From positions 134,793 through 198,792 of the forward strand of contig JAFSEX010000005.1 in NCBI GenBank assembly GCA_017435465.1: DNA of 64,000 bases, read 5' to 3'. Shown piece by piece: positions 10,365 through 19,163 of the stretch. Position numbers and translations under genes: made by a program. Each line of letters opens with the position of its first letter. The stretch's first letter is position 1. This stretch comes from Bacilli bacterium (GTDB lineage Bacteria > Bacillota_I > Bacilli_A > RF39 > UBA660). The notes under the pieces were generated by a model, which did no database searches, had not been told where the DNA came from, and worked only from the letters and a program-made list of their open reading frames with translations.

Positions 10365-10404
10365 GCATCTGAAATCAACTATTGTTGAAATCAGATGCTT
10401 TTAT
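10365..10404 (+). terminator. Rho-independent terminator after the left repeat
   Basis: gcatctgaaatcaac/gttgaaatcagatgc hairpin (13 of 15 paired) followed by ttttatt. Confidence 0.55.
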
Positions 10405-10886
10405 TATTTAAATAGTAAGACTATTACTATAAAGATGTTTCATACTATAAGTAATACAAAATTGAAAAACTTATTTTAAATGAATTGTTAATAAATGAAA
10501 ATTAATTTTAATTTTTTCATATAAATAAAATCTTATTATCATTATAAATAAGAGAATATCATTTTCTCATTAATTTTATAATTATAAAATAATATTTTAT
10601 GCTTTAAATTTGTGTAAATAGTATATCTTGTTTATATTAAATGTTTGCAAAAACTATGACATTCCAAGATTTGCTACATATAAAATTTTATGATATTATA
10701 GACACACTAAAGGGATATTAGTTTTCTAAAATTTTAAAAAGAAAAATAAAGTGTTTATTTAATATATAATATAATTGTAAGTTATATTATGGTGATAATT
10801 TAATTATATAATTACTCGTATACTCGTACAAAACTAAAAATTTATATAAATACTAATTGTAACATAATAAGGAGTTCGATTTTACT

Positions 10887-12479
10887 ATGGATTTAATAAA
10901 ATATGACTTTGAAAGAAAAGTGATTAATGATCTTAAAAAATATGATATGAAATATAATTTAAAAGAATTAAAAAAAATATATTGTGAATTTATTAAAATA
11001 ATAAACAATTCAAAAAACCATAGTAATATTGTTCGGTTCCATAAAAGAATTACTTACACTTATAGCAATATGAAATATGATAATTTTTACAATTTTTATT
11101 CCAAAAAAATTAATCGACTACAATTTGAAAAAAACAATAAAACAATACAAAAATTCAAAAATAAATATATTAAAACTTGTGATTTGTTATTTGATTATTT
11201 TCAAAAATTTTCTAGAAACAATAGTGATAATAAGTATTTATTGTATTTAAAACAAAATTATAAAATAAGTAAAGATGAATATTATATTAAATTTTATAAT
11301 AACTTTAAAGTAGATGTATTTGTTGAGAATAAAAAAATAATGGTCTCTTTTTCTAATATTTATGATTTAATGGATTTAATAAATTCCCATAGTAATAAAG
11401 AATATATATATCATAAATTTACAAAAAAAATAAATGAATATGAAAAAAGATTTAAAAAACACATTGTTTCCATTATTAATAACAATTTGTGTATTGAAAA
11501 TTATTTTTCAAATATTTTGACTGAAAACAATATAAATTATAACTGTTTATGTAATATAAAGACAATTATAAAAAGAAGTGAAATATTAAATATGTATGTT
11601 TCATATAAGAAAAAAATATTGAAAAATGATAATTTATTTCAAATTGAGCTATTCTCATATAATTATTATTATAATATTAATTTTAAATTAGAAAATATTC
11701 TAGAAGTATTTTCATTGTTTGGAGAAAATTACATAAGCAATATTAAAAATAAATTACAGAATAGTATTATTATTGATAATACATTGAATAATAAAGGATT
11801 AACCATTAGTAATTTATCTGGTAATGGATTTATATTAATCAAAAACCTTAATACTATTGAGAATATTTTTGTTACGGTACATGAATTGGGTCATTTAATG
11901 TATAATTATTATATTGATAACAAATTTATGACTTCTAAAGAAATTTTAATTTCAGAAATATCTGCCATTTTAAATGAAATTCTATTAAATGATTATTTGG
12001 TTAAAAACAATTTATCGAATAATATTTACTTTTTAGATAGTGTAATGAAAATATTAGTTAATGGTATAATAGAATTTGAATTTTTAGAGGACATTTATTT
12101 ATACCACAACAATGATTATTCTTATATTAAAGAAAAATATTATGAAATAACAAAAAATCTTTATAATGAAGAAGTTCATATAAATAAAGATAATATTGAT
12201 TTTATTATTGACAATAATATATATAATGACATATATCCATTACGTTATATTGTCGCGTTAATAATTTCAATAAATATATTTAAAAATATACAAGAAGATT
12301 CAAATTATATAAATAAGTATTTTAAATTTATAAAACAATCTTCTTCTGTTAACAGTATTGATGAAGCATTAAAAATTTTAAATATTAATTTAAAACAAAA
12401 AAAAGTTTATGAAAATATGATTAGTTATCTATATAATATTATTAATCATTGTATTATTTCTGAAAAAAACACTATGTAA
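10887..12479 (+). CDS. M3B-family oligoendopeptidase F-like metallopeptidase
   Basis: VHELGHLMY zinc motif with downstream EISAILNE (HExxH...E), 530 aa. Extremely Asn/Lys/Ile/Tyr-rich. Confidence 0.7.
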   Translation: MDLIKYDFERKVINDLKKYDMKYNLKELKKIYCEFIKIINNSKNHSNIVRFHKRITYTYSNMKYDNFYNFYSKKINRLQFEKNNKTIQKFKNKYIKTCDLLFDYFQKFSRNNSDNKYLLYLKQNYKISKDEYYIKFYNNFKVDVFVENKKIMVSFSNIYDLMDLINSHSNKEYIYHKFTKKINEYEKRFKKHIVSIINNNLCIENYFSNILTENNINYNCLCNIKTIIKRSEILNMYVSYKKKILKNDNLFQIELFSYNYYYNINFKLENILEVFSLFGENYISNIKNKLQNSIIIDNTLNNKGLTISNLSGNGFILIKNLNTIENIFVTVHELGHLMYNYYIDNKFMTSKEILISEISAILNEILLNDYLVKNNLSNNIYFLDSVMKILVNGIIEFEFLEDIYLYHNNDYSYIKEKYYEITKNLYNEEVHINKDNIDFIIDNNIYNDIYPLRYIVALIISINIFKNIQEDSNYINKYFKFIKQSSSVNSIDEALKILNINLKQKKVYENMISYLYNIINHCIISEKNTM

Positions 12480-12502
12480 ATTATTAAATATAATAAAATC
12501 TA

Positions 12503-12531
12503 TTGACAAAGCTTTAATTTATCATTATAAT
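12503..12531 (+). promoter_or_regulatory. Consensus sigmaA promoter for the sORF
   Basis: TTGACA (12503-12508), exactly 17 nt, TATAAT (12526-12531). Confidence 0.7.
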
Positions 12532-12554
12532 CCAATGATAAGGAGGGCTAATAT

Positions 12555-12644
12555 ATGATAAAATTTATCAAATCTTTATTTTTTAAGAAATTAGATAAAA
12601 ATGATTTAGAATTATTGGCTATTTGTGAGACACATAGATCATAA
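12555..12644 (+). CDS. 29-aa small peptide, candidate precursor/scaffold peptide (not in the ORF track)
   Basis: ATG at 12555, 7 nt after aggaggg. Translation is MIKFIKSLFFKKLDKNDLELLAICETHRS*. It has its own consensus promoter and a downstream hairpin, and lies immediately upstream of the enzyme operon. Confidence 0.55.
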   Translation: MIKFIKSLFFKKLDKNDLELLAICETHRS

Positions 12645-12660
12645 TCTAAATTGTGATTTG

Positions 12661-12690
12661 GACTGTATCAAATAGCGATACAGTCTTTTT
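12661..12690 (+). terminator. Hairpin/partial terminator after the sORF
   Basis: gactgtatc-aaatagc-gatacagtc followed by ttttt. It lies 36 nt before the next gene's start. Confidence 0.65.
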
Positions 12691-12725
12691 GGATTATTAG
12701 ATTTATGTAATGGAGGTAATAAAAA

Positions 12726-14675
12726 ATGAAAATTATGGATTTAAAAGATGCTACTTCAATTTCTGGAGGAAAAGCATCTGGATTAGCACTGTTGAATAAG
12801 ATGATGGTTCCAGTTCCTTCTGGATTTGTAATTAATGACACATTGAGTTTAAATTATGATAACAATGATATATATTTAATTCAACAATATTTAAAAAAAC
12901 TTGATTCATCAAAGAAATTAGCAGTAAGATCATCAGCATGTGCTGAAGATGGTATTAATAAATCGTTTGCTGGTATATTTGAAACTGAATTAAATGTAAA
13001 TAATGACATTGAAAGTGTTTTGAGAGCTATCCAAAAAGTTAATGCAAGTGCTACAACTGATGTTGTAAAAGCATATTCAAATAATGAAAGACAAATAATG
13101 AATATTGTAATACAGGAAATGGTTGAACCAAAAATTGCAGGTGTATTATTTTCTGACGCAATGGATATTAATGGCGATAATGTTATACTATTTGAATGTG
13201 TTGAGGGACTTGCTGATAAATTGGTAAGTGGGGCAGCAGAACCAGCACAAATAATAATTAAAGTTAAAAACAATGAGATAGATGAAACAAGTATAAGAGT
13301 AGAAGGAAATCTTTTAGATTTGAGCACATTAAAAAATATATTCCCTTTTGTTAATAAAATTAAAAAAATAAGTGATAGACCACTTGATATTGAATGGTGT
13401 ATTGATAAAAACGGGAATCCATATTTTGTACAAGCACGGCCTATTACTTCAACAGTATTTATTAATAAAACAACTGAAAATTCTGGAATAGTTGCTTCAA
13501 GAGGCTATGCGGAAGGTGAAACTTATGTAATTGATGAAAATCAATCGGATGAAGAAATAAAAAAAGAAATTGATAATTTTCCAGAAGGAGCAATTCTTGT
13601 TGCAGGAGTAACAGAAACATTATATATGCCAGCAATAAAAAAAGCAAAAGGAATTATTACAGAAGAAGGTTCAGCATTATCACATGCTGCTATTGTTTCA
13701 AGAGAGTTAGGAATACCATGTATCGCTGGGTACAAAAATGCTATTAATTTATTTCCTACTGGTACTAAAATAGTTCTAGATGCTTCAAATGGTAAAGTTA
13801 TATCAAATGGTATTGAAAATACATTAAATACCGAAAAAGGTTTTGAATTTGGAGAATTATATTGTTTTGATAATGCACATAGGGTTGATTTTGATAATTT
13901 TAATGTATTTTTTGAATCAACTTATGGCGGATTAATGTTACATATGAATAGTGAAAATGCTACTCCTAAAAATATGGAAAAAGTAGAAAAATATGCTAGA
14001 ACAATGTTTAATAGTTCACCAGAACAACATTTTGATGATAAATATTTATGGTATTTAGAAATAGAACGATTTAAAAAATTACCTTTTTATAATGAAATGA
14101 ATCAAAAAATGATGGAAATTGTAGAAAATAAAGACTCTATTATGCTTGAAACATTTTATAATGAGTCATTAAATATGTTAAGTGATTTAGTAAATTACAA
14201 ACAAAATGGCGCAAATGAAAAAGAAAAGTTAATCATTGATGAAATTGGTGCGGCTACTAATTTAATTTTAGATGCAATGTTGCCATTAGGTTACGCTTTA
14301 AGACAATGCTATTTTGATTCAATTAGCTTATTAAAAAAGTATAATTTAAATTTTAATGATTTATTTACTAATAGAAATTTAAACTTATCAGATGAAGAAT
14401 TAATCAAAATAAGAGATTTCTTATTTAGCGTATCTACAAATAGAAATGAAGTTTATGAAAAAATATGCAATATTGGTGCAACATCCCCAGAATATTTTGA
14501 ACTTAGAGATGGAGAAATAAGAAAAGCAAGTAATTATGATAATGATGCTAATATTGATACATTTTATAATTCTTTAACATATACTGATTTTGAAAATATT
14601 AGGTTAATAATGCAACGATATTTTTCTAAAAAAAAAAGTAACAATTCTTTAGTTTATGCTAGACATTCTAGGTAA
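12726..14675 (+). CDS. PEP-utilising enzyme family protein (ATP-grasp PPDK_N domain plus swivel phospho-His domain plus unassigned C-terminal domain)
   Basis: SGGKASGLALLNK..VPVPSGFVI, LAVRSSACAEDG..SFAGIFET (PPDK_N/ATP-grasp) and EEGSALSHAAIVSRELGIPCIAG (mobile His domain). About 290 C-terminal aa carry no motif I recognise. Confidence 0.8.
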   Translation: MKIMDLKDATSISGGKASGLALLNKMMVPVPSGFVINDTLSLNYDNNDIYLIQQYLKKLDSSKKLAVRSSACAEDGINKSFAGIFETELNVNNDIESVLRAIQKVNASATTDVVKAYSNNERQIMNIVIQEMVEPKIAGVLFSDAMDINGDNVILFECVEGLADKLVSGAAEPAQIIIKVKNNEIDETSIRVEGNLLDLSTLKNIFPFVNKIKKISDRPLDIEWCIDKNGNPYFVQARPITSTVFINKTTENSGIVASRGYAEGETYVIDENQSDEEIKKEIDNFPEGAILVAGVTETLYMPAIKKAKGIITEEGSALSHAAIVSRELGIPCIAGYKNAINLFPTGTKIVLDASNGKVISNGIENTLNTEKGFEFGELYCFDNAHRVDFDNFNVFFESTYGGLMLHMNSENATPKNMEKVEKYARTMFNSSPEQHFDDKYLWYLEIERFKKLPFYNEMNQKMMEIVENKDSIMLETFYNESLNMLSDLVNYKQNGANEKEKLIIDEIGAATNLILDAMLPLGYALRQCYFDSISLLKKYNLNFNDLFTNRNLNLSDEELIKIRDFLFSVSTNRNEVYEKICNIGATSPEYFELRDGEIRKASNYDNDANIDTFYNSLTYTDFENIRLIMQRYFSKKKSNNSLVYARHSR

Positions 14676-14688
14676 TAGGATAATTATT

Positions 14689-15678
14689 ATGACAAAATAT
14701 ATATTTAATGATAACACTAAACTTATTTTTATAAAGAACAATTATATTTTAATTCAAAATAATAATAAAAAGATAAAAGAAAAACTTGATGAGAATTTTT
14801 ATAATATGTTGTTTAAAGTTCAAAAAAACAATTATATTTTTTCTACTGATTTAAAATTTTTCACAGAAGAACAATTAAAGTTTTTATATGACAAATCGGT
14901 AATAAAAAAATTGAGTCCAATATCCGAAAAATATATCAACACTAGATATGAAAAATATCAAATATATTTGGAAAATATATTTTCGGATGCAAAAAAAATT
15001 GATTATATAAAAAATAATAACCAAAAAAAAATTTTATTTGTTGGCGCAGGTGGAGTTTGTACAGCAATAATCGACTATCTCATTTCTGTCGGATTTAATA
15101 GTTATGGAATTATTGATTTTGATATTGTAGAAACAACAAATTTTAATAGACAATTTAAATATAAGGAAACTGATGTTGGGAGTTTAAAAGTAAGTAAAAT
15201 AAAATCAAATCTAAATGAACAATATTCTGGATTAACAATTTCAACATATAATAAAAAAATCTGTTCTTCAAATGACCTTGATTATATTGTCGGTGATTAT
15301 AATCCTGACTTCATTGTCTGTGCAGCCGACACACCTATATTTTTGATTCAAAAATATATTGCTGAAGTATGTTTAAAAAGAAATATTGCTTGTATTTTCG
15401 GAGGAGTAGGTCAAACTAAGGGTGTGTTTGGACCACTATTATACAACAAAAAAGGGTTTAATAAATATTTAAAAAAAATTAATAATGTTTTATGTTCTTT
15501 AGAAGGTGTTTTTCCGTGTAAAGGATCATTTGGAATAACAAATTCTTTGATATCAAATTATATGGCAAAAGATATTATATTTTATATGATGAATAAAAAG
15601 AAAAAAGTAACCTCATTAAATAAAGAATGTGAAATTGATTTTGATAGGAATGTAATTTATGAAAAAGAAAGATATTAA
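14689..15678 (+). CDS. ThiF/E1-like adenylyltransferase (MccB/PaaA-like) with an N-terminal extension
   Basis: ILFVGAGGVCTAIIDYLISVGF..GIIDFDIVETTNFNRQ is a Rossmann/E1 signature starting near aa 115. The preceding ~110 aa are an extra domain. The start is uncertain (ATG 14689 or 14656). Confidence 0.75.
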   Translation: MTKYIFNDNTKLIFIKNNYILIQNNNKKIKEKLDENFYNMLFKVQKNNYIFSTDLKFFTEEQLKFLYDKSVIKKLSPISEKYINTRYEKYQIYLENIFSDAKKIDYIKNNNQKKILFVGAGGVCTAIIDYLISVGFNSYGIIDFDIVETTNFNRQFKYKETDVGSLKVSKIKSNLNEQYSGLTISTYNKKICSSNDLDYIVGDYNPDFIVCAADTPIFLIQKYIAEVCLKRNIACIFGGVGQTKGVFGPLLYNKKGFNKYLKKINNVLCSLEGVFPCKGSFGITNSLISNYMAKDIIFYMMNKKKKVTSLNKECEIDFDRNVIYEKERY

Positions 15679-16681
15679 TGATTTAATTAAAAATTATCAA
15701 GTAAACGAATCACCATTAATGTTATATGATTTATCACAATTAAAACTAAACATTCAAAAATTATTATTCTTAAAAACTAAATATAATGTTGAGTTTCTTT
15801 TTCCAGTTAAAGCATTTCCTGAATATAAAGTTTTAAAATTGTTTTTCGACTTTGGGTTTGGTTATGATATAGCTAATGAAAATGAATTTAACACAATTGA
15901 TAAAATCATAAACAAAGATACATTAATTTCTTTTAATGGTACTCCAACTATATCTAACAAAAAAGAATATAATAATATTATATATAATTTAAATAGTTTA
16001 AATGAATTAACTAACAAAACATTTTATAATGGAATAAGAATAAATACTTATATAAAAAACAAAACTGAATTTAGTAAATTTGGGATACCTATTGAAAAAA
16101 TAAAATCTATTAATAATAAAAAAATAAAATCTATTAGTTTTCATTTTTATGAGGAAAATAAAAAAAAGAAACTTAAGCATATTTTAAATTTTGCAAGAAA
16201 ATGTATAACTATATTTAAAAATCTAGATTATATTAATTTTGGTGGTAATTGGGATGTCATAGATGTTAGCAACTTCGAGAGAAACATAATTGAAATCAGA
16301 AAATATATAGATAATAAAATAAAAATTATATTTGAAGTTGGTGAAAATTGGTTTGAAAATTGTGGATATTTAGTTACCAAAGTTATAAGTACAAATGAGA
16401 TATCTAACAAAAAAATATTTTATATAAATGCTGGAAAAGATAGTGTTGCAAAATGGTCAGTTTTGAAACCTGTTAATTTGGAATATGAAAAAGAAGATAA
16501 GTTTACTTATATCATTTCTGGCAATAGTTGTTATGAGAAAGACATTTTTACTGTAACAAATAAAAAAGTTAATATATCAATTAATGATAAGATAGTTTTT
16601 GTTGGATTAAATGGATATTCTTATGCTTGGTGTAAAGAATTTAACGGTTCAAATTCTCCAGAGGTGATATTTTATGAATAG
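15659..16681 (+). CDS. Fold-type-III PLP-dependent decarboxylase (Orn/DAP/Arg decarboxylase family)
   Basis: FPVKAFP (PLP-Lys), GFGYDIANENEF and GNSCYEKDIF motifs. Its start overlaps the upstream stop by 20 nt. Confidence 0.75.
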   Translation: MKKKDINDLIKNYQVNESPLMLYDLSQLKLNIQKLLFLKTKYNVEFLFPVKAFPEYKVLKLFFDFGFGYDIANENEFNTIDKIINKDTLISFNGTPTISNKKEYNNIIYNLNSLNELTNKTFYNGIRINTYIKNKTEFSKFGIPIEKIKSINNKKIKSISFHFYEENKKKKLKHILNFARKCITIFKNLDYINFGGNWDVIDVSNFERNIIEIRKYIDNKIKIIFEVGENWFENCGYLVTKVISTNEISNKKIFYINAGKDSVAKWSVLKPVNLEYEKEDKFTYIISGNSCYEKDIFTVTNKKVNISINDKIVFVGLNGYSYAWCKEFNGSNSPEVIFYE

Positions 16682-17888
16682 TTATTATATTTATAAAAAA
16701 GATGAAATAAAGTATTTAGAAAATGAATATAAAGTTTCTTTACCACATAAATTATCTCTTAATGATTATATTGATTTTAAAAGAAATATATTTATTAATA
16801 TTCAAGGAAAATATAATATAACTGTAACAAATAAGAATTCAGTAGAATATGAAAATATCTTTACGAATAATCATATTTCATATAAATATTCTTATACAAG
16901 GTATGATAGCTATATTAATTATTCAAATTTTTGTAATGACTTTTATAAATTAGAAAAAAATAACCATTATAAGTCAAAGGTTTTTTTTACTAATAGTGGC
17001 ATGAGCGCAATAACATCTTTATTGTTAGCAATAAATACAGTTTTAGATGATTTTTCATTTTTATTACCAGATGAAGATATTTATTTTGAAACTTATGATT
17101 TTTATAATAAATATATAAAAGATAAAAATAATATTAATAAAAACATATTGTATATTGATACAATTGCGAAAAAATTCGATATTAAAAGATATATAAATCT
17201 TATAAATAATAATGATAATATTTTTGCTGTAGTAATTGATACTACTTGTTTTTTACCAAATGAGTTGAATAAACTGATTTCGAGCGTTATTAACAAAAAT
17301 TTATTGTGTGTTTTAGTTAGAAGTCATACTAAGTTAGATATGATGGGTTCTGAAATATCTAGTTTGGGTTCACTAGTATATTTAATACCACGCAAAACAG
17401 ATAATGAAAAATTTCAAATAATAAAAAGAATTATTTCAGAAAGTTATTATCTATTAGGTAAATTTGGAGCATTGTGTCTCCCTGATAAATTTCCAGAATT
17501 TATTTTTGATAAGAAATTTAAGAAAATAAATAATCAAAGAATAAAGCAAATAGAGAATAATAATTATAAATTATATACTTTTTTAAAAGATAATATTAAA
17601 AAAGGAAAAATAATATTACCAAAACATCAAAAATTTATCTTGTATGTTTTGAATGAAAAATTAGATAATGAATGTCAAAGTAATATTATAGAAAATAGTA
17701 TAAAATTATTTGTGAACAAAAATGAAAAACTATTTTATGCTTGTAGTTTTGGTTTTGATTATATAGCTCTTGATTCTTACTATGATATAAACGAAAAAAA
17801 TTATGTTATGAGAATATCCATGAATGATGATGAAAATAATGTTGATATTTTTAATGAAATTAAGGAGTTTATTAATGATAACTTTTAG
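16674..17888 (+). CDS. Fold-type-I PLP enzyme, Cys/Met-metabolism (CGS/CBL)-like
   Basis: FFTNSGMSAITS and VRSHTKLDMMGSE (the S-x-T-K PLP-lysine context). ATGAATAG start/stop overlap with the upstream gene. Confidence 0.5.
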   Translation: MNSYYIYKKDEIKYLENEYKVSLPHKLSLNDYIDFKRNIFINIQGKYNITVTNKNSVEYENIFTNNHISYKYSYTRYDSYINYSNFCNDFYKLEKNNHYKSKVFFTNSGMSAITSLLLAINTVLDDFSFLLPDEDIYFETYDFYNKYIKDKNNINKNILYIDTIAKKFDIKRYINLINNNDNIFAVVIDTTCFLPNELNKLISSVINKNLLCVLVRSHTKLDMMGSEISSLGSLVYLIPRKTDNEKFQIIKRIISESYYLLGKFGALCLPDKFPEFIFDKKFKKINNQRIKQIENNNYKLYTFLKDNIKKGKIILPKHQKFILYVLNEKLDNECQSNIIENSIKLFVNKNEKLFYACSFGFDYIALDSYYDINEKNYVMRISMNDDENNVDIFNEIKEFINDNF

Positions 17889-19152
17889 TATAGATACATT
17901 ACCTTTATCAAAAAATATTATTGATTCTAATGATTATTCTAGTAAAATAATATATTCTGCTACAAGCGATACTTTGTTTAAATATAGTTTAAAGAAAAAC
18001 AAAATAATTAAAAATTCTTGCAGTTACTATAAATATAGTAATAATAATAAAATTTTAACCATTAAAATTAGAGATGATTTATATTTTTATAACGGAGATA
18101 AAGTTACAGCAAACGATTATTATCATACTTTTAGACATATATTAAATTCAAAAACGCACATAGGGATAATATTTAGACATTTCTTTACTGATATAAAAAT
18201 ATTAGATGATTGTACATTTCAATTAGTAAATAAAACGAAAAATGATAAATCTTATGAAATATTATCAATTTATAGTGCTTGCTGTTTAAAAAACAATTAT
18301 ACTAGCGGTGCTTATTATATAGAAAAAACGGGGAAAAATTTTATTATATTAAAACGTAATGAATTTTATAGAGAAAAAATTCATAATAAAGATGCAGAAG
18401 TAATTAAGTTTATTTTAACTGATGGTCTAAATGATTATAAATTATTTAATAACAAGATAATTCAAATTACCAATAATACTATGTGTGATATCAATAATAT
18501 AGATAAATATAATTATATAAGAGAGAATAACTACATTTATTTAAATATCATTTTTTCTAATGAAATGATGAGAAATAGATATAAAAAAATCAGAAAAATC
18601 ATATCTGATATAATAGATAAAGATAAAATTGCTAATATGTTAGATAATAAGTATGATATTAATGAGTCTTTTATTGTAAATAATAGTATAACTAATATTA
18701 AGCGAAAAAAAATCAATATAAATATTGATACAACAAAGTCCATTAAACCCTTAACTTTGGGGTATAACAATTTTTATCCAAATAAAATAATTGCTGAAGA
18801 AATAAAAAAACAGTTAGAAGCAGTTGGATTTAAAATAGATTTAGTTGAAAATAAATTTAATATTAAAAATACATGTGATTTAAATATTACTCTTAACCAC
18901 TTAGAATACATTACAGAATCATCTATAATAAATGGTTCTTACTTTTTCGTGATTTTAGAAAAAAATTCAATTTATAAAACTATTCTTAAAATGTATAATG
19001 TAACACATAAAAAATATTTGTTGGATTTAATTAATAAAAAATTATTAAAATTAAAATATAAAATTCCGTTATTAAAAATGAATGGATACTATTTAAAATC
19101 AGATAAATATAATAAATTTAATTATATTGAACTTAATTTTAATGAAATGTAG
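17875..19152 (+). CDS. Family-5 solute-binding-protein-like protein without signal peptide or lipobox
   Basis: ATG 17875 lies 7 nt after AAGGAG. ..ATSDTLFKYS..LTIKIRDDLYFYNGDKVTANDYYHTF resembles the SBP_bac_5 (OppA/DppA/NikA) N-lobe. The N-terminus MITFSIDTLPLSK has no hydrophobic leader. Confidence 0.6.
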   Translation: MITFSIDTLPLSKNIIDSNDYSSKIIYSATSDTLFKYSLKKNKIIKNSCSYYKYSNNNKILTIKIRDDLYFYNGDKVTANDYYHTFRHILNSKTHIGIIFRHFFTDIKILDDCTFQLVNKTKNDKSYEILSIYSACCLKNNYTSGAYYIEKTGKNFIILKRNEFYREKIHNKDAEVIKFILTDGLNDYKLFNNKIIQITNNTMCDINNIDKYNYIRENNYIYLNIIFSNEMMRNRYKKIRKIISDIIDKDKIANMLDNKYDINESFIVNNSITNIKRKKININIDTTKSIKPLTLGYNNFYPNKIIAEEIKKQLEAVGFKIDLVENKFNIKNTCDLNITLNHLEYITESSIINGSYFFVILEKNSIYKTILKMYNVTHKKYLLDLINKKLLKLKYKIPLLKMNGYYLKSDKYNKFNYIELNFNEM

Positions 19153-19163
19153 GTGATTTATAT

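Noticed and set aside
10297-10479. 60-aa ORF (GTG start) in the intergenic region after the flippase gene
   Set aside because: It reads straight through the repeat hairpin and the 10365-10404 terminator, and has no convincing RBS or start. The region is better explained as non-coding leader or small-RNA sequence.
10813-10828. Tandem tactcgta-tactcgta about 60 nt upstream of the M3 peptidase gene
   Set aside because: It may be an operator or part of a promoter, but two 8-mers alone are too little evidence to call a regulatory site.
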